Positions 26,175-36,048 of a stretch of DNA of 64,000 nt are shown here, in pieces. How positions within the stretch are numbered: the stretch's first letter is position 1; each line of letters begins with the position of its first letter. Source of the DNA: an uncultured Clostridia bacterium (GTDB taxonomy: Bacteria > Bacillota > Clostridia > Christensenellales > UBA1242); the NCBI GenBank assembly GCA_944383355.1, contig CALWPF010000005.1:4124-68123 (forward strand), in the 5' to 3' direction. Below the pieces are notes generated by a model. It had not been told where the DNA came from. It searched no databases and was given only the letters and a program-made list of their open reading frames with translations. A program made the position numbers and the translations under genes.

Positions 26175-28844
26175 TTGAAAAAGGAAGAATTGCGTGATAT
26201 TAATGCATATAGCTTATCAACAGAGCAAGTTTTAGATAAACTAGAAACAAAAGATGTTGGTATCACCTCTGCAGATGCAGAGCGTAGGTTGCAGATATTT
26301 GGTAAAAATGAGTTGGTATCAGCAAAAAAACATGGTAAATTATACCGTTTTTTTAGTCAATTTAAAGACATTATGTTGATAATATTGTTAATTGCAGCTG
26401 CTGTTAATGCTGTAATTGCTTTGGTTGAGCATGTATATGCGGATTTGATAGATGTTGCAATTATTGTCGGTATAGTTTTGATCAATGCAGTAATTGGTTA
26501 TATTCAAGAGAGCAAAGCAGAGAATGCGCTTTCTAGTCTTAAAAAAATGTCACAGCCATATGTGCGTGTGAGGCGTAATGGCGTGGTGGATCGGATATTG
26601 ACCACAGATGTAGTTCCTGGGGATATAATACTTCTTGAGGCTGGAGATATATGTTGCGCAGATGTGCGTTTGATAGAGTGCGCTAGTTTGTCATGTGATG
26701 AAAGTTCACTTACAGGGGAGTCTTTGCAAGTACAAAAATCTGCTACAGGTGTGTTGCCAACTAATACTGCTCTAGGTGATCGTACCAATATGTTGTATAG
26801 TGGTACAGTCATAACATATGGTAGGGGCTATGGGGTGGTAGTGGCTACAGGTATGGATACCGAGATAGGCAAGATTGCAGGGCTATTAAATGCTAGCCAA
26901 GAGGAAACTACCCCTATTCAGCAAAAGTTAGCACATCTAGGCAAAATTATAAGTATTGTCGTCTTGTCAATAGCAGTGATACTATTTGTTATCAATGTAG
27001 CAGTAAAATCCTCTCATGATGTGATAGATGCGTTGATGATAGCCATAGCGATTGCAGTTGCGGCTATACCAGAGAGTTTACCTGCTGTTATTACCATTAG
27101 CATGTCTCTAGGGGTGTCTCGCATGAGTAAACAGCGTGCGATTATTAGAAAAATGCATGCTGTAGAGACCTTGGGCTCGTGCCAAATTATATGTAGTGAC
27201 AAAACTGGCACACTTACTCAAAACAAGATGCAGGTGCAGTCTGTATATATAGATGGTAAAATGTTTGATGCAACCGAATTTGATACCAAGCATTACAAAG
27301 ATATGATAAATTGTATAGCATTGTGTAACGATTGTGAGCAGAGCGATAGAGGTTTTTTAGGTGACCCAACAGAGATAGCGTTAGTTGAGTTTGCTGAGTC
27401 AAGGGGGCACAAACAGGCTAATATGCAACAAAATTTTGTAAGAGTTGCTGAGTTGCCTTTTGACTCGAATAGAAAAATGATGACAACCTTTAACAAAGTA
27501 AACAGCAAAGTTATAGGATACACAAAAGGTGCTCCAGATATTTTGTTAGATAGATGCACAAAGGTGTTGTATAACGGTAGTGTGGTTAATCTCACCAAGG
27601 CGATAAAAGAGAAGATATTGGCAGGACTAGAGCAGATGAGTAGCAAAGGCTTGCGTACTCTTGGACATGCATACAAGGAGCACAAAGGACAAGATTATTC
27701 TTTGGGTAATGAGACAAATATGGTATTTTTGGGCATAGTAGGCATGCGGGATCCACCGAGACCAGAGGCAAAAGATGCTGTGGCTACCTGTATTGAGGCA
27801 GGTATGCGACCTATAATGATTACTGGTGATTATGCTACCACCGCCAAAGAAATAGCGAGAGAAGTTGGCATTTATAGAGATGGGGATATGGTCCTGACTG
27901 GGGCTGAGTTGGATAAATTAAATGATGCCGAATACCGTAATATAATAGAGAAAGTGTCAGTCTATGCGAGAGTGAGTCCTGAGAATAAAGTTAGGATAGT
28001 TGAGACATGGAAATCACTTGATAAAGTGGTGGCGATGACTGGTGATGGTGTGAACGATGCTCCAAGTATCAAGCGTGCAGATATTGGAGTTGGTATGGGG
28101 ATCAATGGGACCGAGGTTACAAAAGAGGTAGCCGATATGGTATTGACTGATGACAATTTTGCTACTATTATCACAGCAGTGCGAGAGGGTAGGACGACGT
28201 ACCAAAATATTAAAAAGGTAATTCAGTTTTTGTTTGGCACTAATTTGGTTGAGGTTGCTACCATATTGATAGTTACACTGTTTATGCCAGAGCTTACTTT
28301 CCTAAGTGCGTTACAAATATTATTTATCAATTTAGTTACAGACACTTTACCTGCAATTAGTCTCAGTGTAGAAAAGAGCGAAAAAGATATTATGCGTCAA
28401 CCGCCTCGTGATAAAAAAGAGGGGCTGTTTGTTGGCGTATTGCCTACTATGATAACTCAATTTGTATGGCAAACTGCATTGATAATTGCTCTGTTTGTGA
28501 TAGTTTACAACATGACTAATGATAATGTGTTGGCAACTACGATGGCTTTTGTGGCATTGAGTATATTCCAGTTAATGCACATTATTAATTTACGTACCAC
28601 ACATAATATTTTTACTACAAATCTCTTTACAAACTGGGTATTTTGGCTAACTTTTGTTGGTGGGATAATAATTAACATCGTACTTGTGAGCATTGCTCCA
28701 GTTGCTAATGTATTTGGACTGACGCCACTGAGCGTTACTCAATGGCTAATACTATTTGCTTTGGCATTTAGTATTATACCAGTTATAGAGTTGCAAAAGC
28801 TCATTACTAGAGCAATAGTTACCAGAAAGGGTAAGAGACACTGA
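26175..28844 (+). CDS. P-type (P2) calcium-translocating ATPase
   Basis: It has DKTGTLT, TGDGVNDAPS, IPESLPAV (ion-site PEGL-like) and 10 predicted TM helices. It uses a TTG start with a strong SD. Confidence 0.9.
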   Translation: MKKEELRDINAYSLSTEQVLDKLETKDVGITSADAERRLQIFGKNELVSAKKHGKLYRFFSQFKDIMLIILLIAAAVNAVIALVEHVYADLIDVAIIVGIVLINAVIGYIQESKAENALSSLKKMSQPYVRVRRNGVVDRILTTDVVPGDIILLEAGDICCADVRLIECASLSCDESSLTGESLQVQKSATGVLPTNTALGDRTNMLYSGTVITYGRGYGVVVATGMDTEIGKIAGLLNASQEETTPIQQKLAHLGKIISIVVLSIAVILFVINVAVKSSHDVIDALMIAIAIAVAAIPESLPAVITISMSLGVSRMSKQRAIIRKMHAVETLGSCQIICSDKTGTLTQNKMQVQSVYIDGKMFDATEFDTKHYKDMINCIALCNDCEQSDRGFLGDPTEIALVEFAESRGHKQANMQQNFVRVAELPFDSNRKMMTTFNKVNSKVIGYTKGAPDILLDRCTKVLYNGSVVNLTKAIKEKILAGLEQMSSKGLRTLGHAYKEHKGQDYSLGNETNMVFLGIVGMRDPPRPEAKDAVATCIEAGMRPIMITGDYATTAKEIAREVGIYRDGDMVLTGAELDKLNDAEYRNIIEKVSVYARVSPENKVRIVETWKSLDKVVAMTGDGVNDAPSIKRADIGVGMGINGTEVTKEVADMVLTDDNFATIITAVREGRTTYQNIKKVIQFLFGTNLVEVATILIVTLFMPELTFLSALQILFINLVTDTLPAISLSVEKSEKDIMRQPPRDKKEGLFVGVLPTMITQFVWQTALIIALFVIVYNMTNDNVLATTMAFVALSIFQLMHIINLRTTHNIFTTNLFTNWVFWLTFVGGIIINIVLVSIAPVANVFGLTPLSVTQWLILFALAFSIIPVIELQKLITRAIVTRKGKRH

Positions 28845-28854
28845 GTCTTTTTAT

Positions 28855-28896
28855 AAAGGTTTGTCAAATTATTTTGTGCAAACCTTTACTTATTTT
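28855..28896 (+). terminator. Terminator after the ATPase gene
   Basis: AAAGGTTTG ... CAAACCTTT is followed by a T-rich run. Confidence 0.6.
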
Positions 28897-28940
28897 TGGG
28901 GATATGTTAAAATTACATAAATTAATTTAGGATGGTTTTT

Positions 28941-30953
28941 ATGCAAAAAGACACACAAGATTGGCAAGAAGAAGTACAATACTTGGAACATACAAAAAAC
29001 GCTATAGCTACCAAAGTGCAACAAATAAATGATGCAATACAGTCAAGGCGCCCTATAGTGGAGGAAATGAAAGAGCAATATACACATCGTGCAAGAGACC
29101 TTGATAGTTATGAAAAGCAAGAAGTTTACAAGCGCATAGATGATTTTATGCTTTTTGCAAATGAGCAATTGGAACTAGCTGAACATTTGCAAAAAATTCA
29201 ATCAAGACCATATTTTGCTAGGGTTGACTTTGTTGATAATGAGGGTAAAAATAAAATTTATCTAGGGCTCCAAGGGGTGGACGATGGTAGAGATACCTAT
29301 GTTATTGATTGGAGAGCTCCAGTAGGTGAGCTGTTTTATGAGTATGGCTTGGGTATGGCTCAATACTCGGCACCTAATGGAATCATGTCTGGTGAGGTGA
29401 CTCTAAAAAGGCAATATGATATCCAAGATGGTATATTACTAGATGCATATGATGTGGATTTGAATATTTTTGATGAGTTTTTGCAAAAGATACTAGCAAA
29501 AGTCAATACGGCTCAATTACATAATGTGGCTAGTACCATACAAAAAGAGCAAAATCAAATTATTCGTGATCTCAAGAGTGACTTGATAGTAGTACAAGGT
29601 TATGTAGGTAGTGGCAAAACTACTGTAGCCCTACATCGTATAGCTTATATGCTATATAGATTACCAAATTTAAAGTCTACAAATATACTTATATTTTCTC
29701 CCAACGAGGTTTTTTTGAGGCATATTGCAGGCGTGTTACCTGAGTTGGGTGAGCAAAATACTCGTACAGCTACTTTCCCCAAATTTGTGCGTAGATTATT
29801 AAAATTGACTGTACCAGTAGAGTCTATAGATGAGTTTGTCACGAGATTTGAGGGAATGTCTACTGAGGAGCGCAATATTGCTTTGCAAAAATTAGATTAT
29901 TCTATGCGTTCAAAAATGCAAGACTTTTTAACTGAGTATGAAAAAAGTTTACATTTTACTCAAGGTTTTAGGTTGCGAAAAAAGGTTTTTACCAGAGTCG
30001 CACTCAATGAAATGTTGCGCAATGATGTTGGTACAAAAATACTAGATAAGGTAGAGAATATAAAGCAATATATTTGTAAAGAAACCAATATCACAGAGCC
30101 ACAATTGGTACAGGCAATTAGTGATGAGGTGTTGTCGCATTTATCAACTACCGTGGACATGCATTTAGTTTATAACTTGTTTATGAATAGCTTGGGCTAC
30201 GAAAGTATAGATTTTGGAGTAAAGATTAAGTACGAAGATGCTATTTTATTGTGTATTATGCGGGAATTATATGCTGATTTACTGATTAAAATGGATATCA
30301 AGCAGGTGTTTATTGACGAGGCACAAGAGTATAGCAAATTGTTTATAGATTTTTTAATGCGAATATTCCCGCACGCTCAGTTTAGTATATTTGGTGATGA
30401 CTATCAACGCACTACTGTAGGTGCGGTGGAATCATTGCATGATATAGTGAATCTAAATATTTTACATGGTGATAAAGTTTATTATACATTGGATAAATCT
30501 TACCGTAGTAGTGAGGAGATTGTTGAGTATACCAATGCTCTAATAAAAGCAAATCACCACAATGCTTTTAGGTTAAAGGTTGGTTTTCCTGTGCAAGAAT
30601 TACCGCTAGCAGATGATATCAATCAGGTATCTCAACAAGTATTTGAGATATTGGAGCAAGTTGTACCAACCAATGCTACAGTTGGTATCATAGTAGGCGA
30701 CAAAGAATATGCAAAGGCTTTATATGATAATCTAGCACAGGTGATACCACACCGAATTGGCTTAGTGCAGGATAGTCGCAGTAGTATTGATAATCAAATT
30801 CAAATAGTGCCAGTGGCATTATCAAAAGGTTTGGAGTATGATACAGCCATAGTATTGAGAGATGGGGGACTCTTTGATGGAGAGTTTGCTCAAAGTCATC
30901 TATATATAGCATGTACTAGAGCTATCAATAAATTATATGTTTTCAAAAAGTAA
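28941..30953 (+). CDS. helD: HelD-type UvrD-like helicase (RNA polymerase recycling factor / helicase IV family)
   Basis: N-terminal coiled arm with PYFARVDF, Walker A GYVGSGKTTVALHR, FIDEAQEY and the C-terminal SKGLEYD. ATG 28941 has the better SD spacing; an alternative ATG is at 28932. Confidence 0.78.
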   Translation: MQKDTQDWQEEVQYLEHTKNAIATKVQQINDAIQSRRPIVEEMKEQYTHRARDLDSYEKQEVYKRIDDFMLFANEQLELAEHLQKIQSRPYFARVDFVDNEGKNKIYLGLQGVDDGRDTYVIDWRAPVGELFYEYGLGMAQYSAPNGIMSGEVTLKRQYDIQDGILLDAYDVDLNIFDEFLQKILAKVNTAQLHNVASTIQKEQNQIIRDLKSDLIVVQGYVGSGKTTVALHRIAYMLYRLPNLKSTNILIFSPNEVFLRHIAGVLPELGEQNTRTATFPKFVRRLLKLTVPVESIDEFVTRFEGMSTEERNIALQKLDYSMRSKMQDFLTEYEKSLHFTQGFRLRKKVFTRVALNEMLRNDVGTKILDKVENIKQYICKETNITEPQLVQAISDEVLSHLSTTVDMHLVYNLFMNSLGYESIDFGVKIKYEDAILLCIMRELYADLLIKMDIKQVFIDEAQEYSKLFIDFLMRIFPHAQFSIFGDDYQRTTVGAVESLHDIVNLNILHGDKVYYTLDKSYRSSEEIVEYTNALIKANHHNAFRLKVGFPVQELPLADDINQVSQQVFEILEQVVPTNATVGIIVGDKEYAKALYDNLAQVIPHRIGLVQDSRSSIDNQIQIVPVALSKGLEYDTAIVLRDGGLFDGEFAQSHLYIACTRAINKLYVFKK

Positions 30954-30983
30954 TAATGATTAATTAATAACTGGGGAACGTTT

Positions 30984-32672
30984 ATGAATATTAGACAAGA
31001 GTTGGCAAAAAAAATAAAATTGGATAATGTAACTGTTGATGAATTGGTGCAATCTTTTACTATTCCACCAAGTATTGAGATGGGAGATTTTGCGTTGCCT
31101 TGTTTTGCTTTTGCAAAGGCACAGAGGCGTAATCCTAATGAGATAGCGAGTGAAATAGCTAGCAGTCTAGTAAATGACGAATTGATTGAGCGTGCCGAGG
31201 TGGTAAATGGTTATGTTAATATATATTTAAACAAATCCACTGTAACAGATAAAATTTTGAGTAATTTTGCTGAGACAAAAGAATTAAAACCACTGAATAT
31301 TGGTGATGGTAAAATAGTGTGCATAGACTTTAGTAGTGTTAATGTAGCAAAAAATCCTCATATAGGGCATTTTTCTAGCACTGTTATTGGTGCGTGCATT
31401 GCTAGATTGTACGAAAAGTTAGGATTTGAGGTAAAGAGATTAAATTATCTAGGAGATTATGGTACACAGTTTGGTAAATTAGTTTGCGCATATATTAAGT
31501 GGGGTAATAGAGAAGATGTGCAAAAACGAGGCATCGAGGCGCTACAAGAATTATATATAAGAGTAAATGCTGAATGTGAAAAAGATGAGGCTCTATTACA
31601 AGAGTGTAGAGATACCTTCAAAAAAATGGAGGAACATGATCCATTTGTTATGGAATTGTTTGAGTGGTTCAAAGATTTATCAATTGCAGAGGTAAAGAAG
31701 AATCTATTTGAGCCTCTGAAACTTTCTTTTGATGACTGGCGTGGAGAGCAATATTATTCTCAGTTTACAGATGATGTTTTGCAACAATTGACCTCGAGTG
31801 GCTTGGCAAAAGAGAGCCAAGGAGCACTGGTTGTAGACCTTGAGCAGTATGGATTAGGAGTGGCGGTGGTGCGTCAGTCAAATGGCACTACATTATATCT
31901 TACTAGGGATATTGCCACCGCTATCAATCGATATGGTGAGTATGCTTTTGATGTATGTATTTATATAACAGGGGTAGAGCAAAAATTACACTTTGCACAA
32001 TTATTTAAAATACTTGAGTTGATGGGGAATGGGTGGGCAGATAAGTTGTTGCACCTAGTGAATGGTAGATTGCGCTTGCCAGACGGTAAGTTGTCTAGTA
32101 GGAAAGGTAATCAAGCCTTGGCAAAAGATATAATAGCAGTTGCTACTCAAAAAGCATGCGATATCATAAAAGAGCGTAGCCCTGACAAAGCGTTTGATGT
32201 GGACAAGGCTCAGCAAATTGGTTTAGGTGCATTAATATTTTCTGCATTAAAGTCTGGTATGTCAAAAGATAGTGTATTTGTATTGGAAGATGCAATTAAC
32301 TTTGACGGGCAGACTGGACCTTATCTAATGTATACTCACGCACGATGTGCTAGCGTATTGAGGAAGGCTCCAGTGTTAACAACTGACATCTCAAATTATG
32401 GTATAGACAGTGATGCTAGTTGGGAGTTGGTTGGTTGCTTGAATAAATATCAGGATATTTTACTTGAGGCATATCAGCAAAAAGAACCAAGCGTAATTGC
32501 GAGGTATCTAATAGAGTTAGCTGGGCATTTTAATAAGTTCTATCATGACAATAGGATATTATCTGATGATGAGGCTTCTACAAAAAAGAATTTGACTATC
32601 ACACGTTTTGTAAAATATGTATTGAATGACGGTTTGGCTATATTGGGAATATCTAGTCCAGAAGAAATGTGA
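30984..32672 (+). CDS. argS: Arginine--tRNA ligase
   Basis: 562 aa. It has the HIGH-type motif NPHIGH, a class I core and a DALR anticodon-binding C-terminus. Confidence 0.93.
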   Translation: MNIRQELAKKIKLDNVTVDELVQSFTIPPSIEMGDFALPCFAFAKAQRRNPNEIASEIASSLVNDELIERAEVVNGYVNIYLNKSTVTDKILSNFAETKELKPLNIGDGKIVCIDFSSVNVAKNPHIGHFSSTVIGACIARLYEKLGFEVKRLNYLGDYGTQFGKLVCAYIKWGNREDVQKRGIEALQELYIRVNAECEKDEALLQECRDTFKKMEEHDPFVMELFEWFKDLSIAEVKKNLFEPLKLSFDDWRGEQYYSQFTDDVLQQLTSSGLAKESQGALVVDLEQYGLGVAVVRQSNGTTLYLTRDIATAINRYGEYAFDVCIYITGVEQKLHFAQLFKILELMGNGWADKLLHLVNGRLRLPDGKLSSRKGNQALAKDIIAVATQKACDIIKERSPDKAFDVDKAQQIGLGALIFSALKSGMSKDSVFVLEDAINFDGQTGPYLMYTHARCASVLRKAPVLTTDISNYGIDSDASWELVGCLNKYQDILLEAYQQKEPSVIARYLIELAGHFNKFYHDNRILSDDEASTKKNLTITRFVKYVLNDGLAILGISSPEEM

Positions 32673-32676
32673 TATA

Positions 32677-32710
32677 TAGACTAAGAGTTTGGTGCTCTTA
32701 GTCTATTTTT
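32677..32710 (+). terminator. Terminator after argS
   Basis: TAGACTAAGAG tttggtg CTCTTAGTCTA TTTTT. Confidence 0.85.
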
Positions 32711-32753
32711 GTATTAGTGCTGAATATAAATACATCATTGGAGGATAGGCTGA

Positions 32754-33509
32754 TTGTTAGAAGATGTGATAGTGCAGGTTGTACCTCCTGCTGCCGTTTG
32801 GATTTTTGTGTTATTTTGTTCTATGTTACCTATTATAGAATGTAGAGGTGCTATCCCTCTGGGTATGTCTGCTGATTTGTGGGGTAATAGTGCATTAAAT
32901 GGCTGGCAGTCGGGATTGTTGGGGTTTGTGGGTTCCACACTAGTAGCTGTAATATTATTGATTAGTTTTGTACCATTAAAAAGAATATTGTCCAAGTCAC
33001 ATAAGTTGAATAGGATATTCAATTTTTTGGAAAATACGTTGTTACAAAAATTCCTAAGCAAGATTACCAAAAAGCTAAAAAAAAGTAAAAGTTTGCGCAA
33101 AAAACATAATAAAAGTGCAGTGCATAGTACTGTTGATGATGTGCATAGTACTATGAATAATGTTGAAAAATATGCAAAAAAAGTAAAATTATGGACAGTA
33201 TTTTTATTTTGTGCGTTACCAATCCCTGGTACTGGAGTCTGGAGTTGTGCTATACTTGCATGTTTGTTGGGGTTGCGTTTTTTTGAAAGCATTTTGTGCA
33301 TAGGGTTAGGAAATCTTGTAACTTGTTTGTTTGTGGCTTTGTTGTCTGCTATTTTTGTTGATTATTTAGGTATGATATTAGTAGCACTGGGTATTGTTAT
33401 TGTTTTGTATTGTGTATACAAAACTTTGGATTTTATAGTATTATGGACAGAAAGTAAACATAATAAAGTTCAAAAAACCAATCAAACTACTAATGAACAA
33501 AATGCCTAA
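32754..33509 (+). CDS. Small multidrug export (Sm_multidrug_ex / COG2426) family membrane protein with an expanded basic central loop
   Basis: Family blocks PIIECRGAIPLG and ALPIPGTGVWSCAILACLLG are present. It has a TTG start 8 nt after GGAGGA. The loop contains two copies of the genomic motif. Confidence 0.7.
   Translation: MLEDVIVQVVPPAAVWIFVLFCSMLPIIECRGAIPLGMSADLWGNSALNGWQSGLLGFVGSTLVAVILLISFVPLKRILSKSHKLNRIFNFLENTLLQKFLSKITKKLKKSKSLRKKHNKSAVHSTVDDVHSTMNNVEKYAKKVKLWTVFLFCALPIPGTGVWSCAILACLLGLRFFESILCIGLGNLVTCLFVALLSAIFVDYLGMILVALGIVIVLYCVYKTLDFIVLWTESKHNKVQKTNQTTNEQNA
33120..33155 (-). repeat. Two direct copies of GTGCATAGTACT inside a coding region (33120-33131 and 33141-33155)
   Basis: Read directly. 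They encode ..SAVHSTVDDVHSTMN.. in the loop of the 32754 gene. Confidence 0.85.
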
Positions 33510-33662
33510 TACTGCTGTATTAACTAAAGATTTTGATAAATGAGTTGATTTGTGACTCAATTTATTATATACTATAAAAACAGTTGACAATATCAACATA
33601 AACTTGAATTGTGCATTAATGATTCTGTTGTGTGGATAAAATTTTAAGTTGAGGAATACAAA

Positions 33663-34751
33663 TTGGTAATAAAAGCAAATGGAAATCTCAGGAGTAATTA
33701 TACCAAATATGACGGTGTGTTTGGTGGTCTGTGGGGGTTGTTGACTCCCATTATTATCTCTTTTGTGTTGGTGATAATTTACTCAATAGTAGCGAGCCTT
33801 GCTGGAGTAACTAACGAGGAAATTTTACAGTTGGTTCCAGTAGTTTATATTACTAATGTCTTGGTAGAGTTATCTTTTGTTGCTGCGTTTTTTATATACA
33901 ACAAGGTAACTAATACTAATTGGGTGGTTGCCAGTGGTATCAAGCAAAAGACTCATTACCTAAACTATGCGTTTGCTGTGGTACTTGGATTGGCTTTGCC
34001 ACTATTGTTCTCGCCGTTAATTAGTCTGTGGGAGCAGTTTTTAGTTCTTATCAATTATAACATGACTAGCTCATTGGCTATTCCTTTGAATAATGCTGGT
34101 GACTTGATATTAGCATTGCTTACTGTTGCTATTATTCCAGCGTTTTGTGAGGAGTTATTATTTAGAGGGTTAGTTCTCAATGGCCTCAGAGGAATGGGCA
34201 AATGGGCAAGTATATTGTTGAGTGCACTTATTTTTGCTTTGATGCATACTAGTATGGAGCAATTACCATACACTTTTATACTTGGAGTCGTTATTGGTTA
34301 TATTGTATATATGACTGGTTCTATTTGGTTAGGTATGATTATTCATGCCGTTAATAATGGTTTAGTAGTAGTTAGTATGTATATTGATAGTGTAAATGGA
34401 GTGGATAGTGCTGTTACTGCTAGTGCTGGTTGGGGTGATGTAGGTATTGCTGTGTTGTCTACAGTAATAGGTGTAGGAGTTGTGATTTTAATTTTCTGGC
34501 TAATGCATCGTTTTACATTACAAAAAAAAGATGCAATTTCGCAAAACTCTGGTGCGGATACTATAGTACAGGGCGATTCCAATATTAATGAGAGCAATTC
34601 TAGTGACGACAAAAAATTTGTTATGGTAGATGGCAAGCCAGAGCCATATACTGAGGTTATGGATAAAAAGACCCGCAATATGCTAATTGCTACTATTGCT
34701 GTGGGAGTGTTGCTATTACTGATCGATTTGATTACCAGTTTTGGCGTTTAA
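33663..34751 (+). CDS. CPBP family intramembrane glutamic endopeptidase (CAAX/Abi type)
   Basis: Motifs CEELLFRG, FALMH and HAVNN, with multiple TM helices. It uses a TTG start after GAGGAA. Confidence 0.82.
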   Translation: MVIKANGNLRSNYTKYDGVFGGLWGLLTPIIISFVLVIIYSIVASLAGVTNEEILQLVPVVYITNVLVELSFVAAFFIYNKVTNTNWVVASGIKQKTHYLNYAFAVVLGLALPLLFSPLISLWEQFLVLINYNMTSSLAIPLNNAGDLILALLTVAIIPAFCEELLFRGLVLNGLRGMGKWASILLSALIFALMHTSMEQLPYTFILGVVIGYIVYMTGSIWLGMIIHAVNNGLVVVSMYIDSVNGVDSAVTASAGWGDVGIAVLSTVIGVGVVILIFWLMHRFTLQKKDAISQNSGADTIVQGDSNINESNSSDDKKFVMVDGKPEPYTEVMDKKTRNMLIATIAVGVLLLLIDLITSFGV

Positions 34752-34781
34752 TTAATTAGAATAGTATTGAGAGGATAATTG

Positions 34782-35975
34782 ATGCAAAAAGGATATATTC
34801 AAGATAAGACGGTTTTTTATAGCGGATTGGTATATTTTGTTATAATGTGCCTTTTTGTCGGTGTGAGGATAATTAGTCAGTATGAGTTACTAGGGGACAG
34901 TCAATCAGCTACCACTGAGTATATTTTTACCATTATCATTCAACTTGGGCTAATGATTTGCTTGCCTTTATTTTTGTTTAAATTTTTGGCAAAAAAACCT
35001 TATAAGCAATTGTTTAGTGACTTTGGTTTCAAAAGAGTTGGTGCCAAAACCATACTATATTCAGTTTTAATCGGCTTTTTTGTGTATATTTTGGTAGTAT
35101 TTGTTTCTTCATTTTGGTCAGGTTTGATACAGATGCTTGGTTATCCTGTCGCTACTGGGGGCTCTGGCTCTGGAGCTGTAGATGAGACCCCATGGTTATC
35201 TTGTTTGTTGGGCATTATTTTTGTAGGAGTGTTGCCAGGTTTTTGTGAGGAGTTTGCGCATCGAGGCATGGTGTTGTCTAGCACAAAAGCAAATGGAGTA
35301 TGGCGTTCGGTAGTGTTGACAGCACTATTATTTGCTTTGATGCACTTGAGTATTACCAAGGTGGGTTATGCTTTTGTAGTGGGTATAATTCTTGGTATGA
35401 TTACTGTAATAACTCGGAGTATTTGGCCCGCTATGATTGTTCATTTTATCAACAATTCAATCAGCACTTATCTGAGTTATGCTACTGCATATGATTGGTT
35501 TGGTGGTGGACTGATGAATTCTATTTTTGATTACCTAAATAACAGCAATATGTTTGTTATATTCATAGTTAGTTTCTTGATTTTGTGTCTAGTTGTATTC
35601 ATATTAGGATTACTGATAGTTAAGTTATATGGTGAGAGCAAAAAGAGGCAATACGCAGACTTCAAGACTAATTTGCGCAAAAATTTACCAAATGATGAGA
35701 TGAAAAAAGATTTTGATAATATGAGTGAAAAATCAAAATTAAGTCTATATCAGGAGACCGTTTTGATGGATACAAAGCAAAAGATAGCTAATGCGCACTT
35801 GACAGAGACTCAGTATATGGAGATAATGTCAAAACGCAGTCCAGTGTCTATACTGGTGGGTGAGGGCATTACTCCGGATAAACCAAAGCACAATATTGAT
35901 TATCTATTTTACTATTGTAGTATTTTCCTTGGTACGGTTGTAACTTTAATGACTTTTTTGTGGGGTGTCATATAG
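34782..35975 (+). CDS. CPBP family intramembrane glutamic endopeptidase, second paralog, with ~130-aa C-terminal extension
   Basis: Motifs CEEFAHRG, FALMH and HFINN. ATG 34782 lies 6 nt after GAGGA. Confidence 0.82.
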   Translation: MQKGYIQDKTVFYSGLVYFVIMCLFVGVRIISQYELLGDSQSATTEYIFTIIIQLGLMICLPLFLFKFLAKKPYKQLFSDFGFKRVGAKTILYSVLIGFFVYILVVFVSSFWSGLIQMLGYPVATGGSGSGAVDETPWLSCLLGIIFVGVLPGFCEEFAHRGMVLSSTKANGVWRSVVLTALLFALMHLSITKVGYAFVVGIILGMITVITRSIWPAMIVHFINNSISTYLSYATAYDWFGGGLMNSIFDYLNNSNMFVIFIVSFLILCLVVFILGLLIVKLYGESKKRQYADFKTNLRKNLPNDEMKKDFDNMSEKSKLSLYQETVLMDTKQKIANAHLTETQYMEIMSKRSPVSILVGEGITPDKPKHNIDYLFYYCSIFLGTVVTLMTFLWGVI

Positions 35976-36048
35976 GCACTCTTTTTGTTTTATTCTCGTG
36001 TCACTCCAGACCAATTGATAGCATATTACATTATTTATGGAGGGGAAT

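Noticed and set aside
30954-30983. A T-box leader could lie upstream of argS.
   Set aside because: Only 30 nt separate helD and argS, which leaves no room for a T-box riboswitch. argS appears to be co-transcribed with helD.
32735-33301. A 188-aa minus-strand ORF overlaps the small-multidrug-export family gene.
   Set aside because: The plus-strand frame carries the conserved family blocks and a good SD plus TTG start. The minus-strand product is low-complexity with no start signals.
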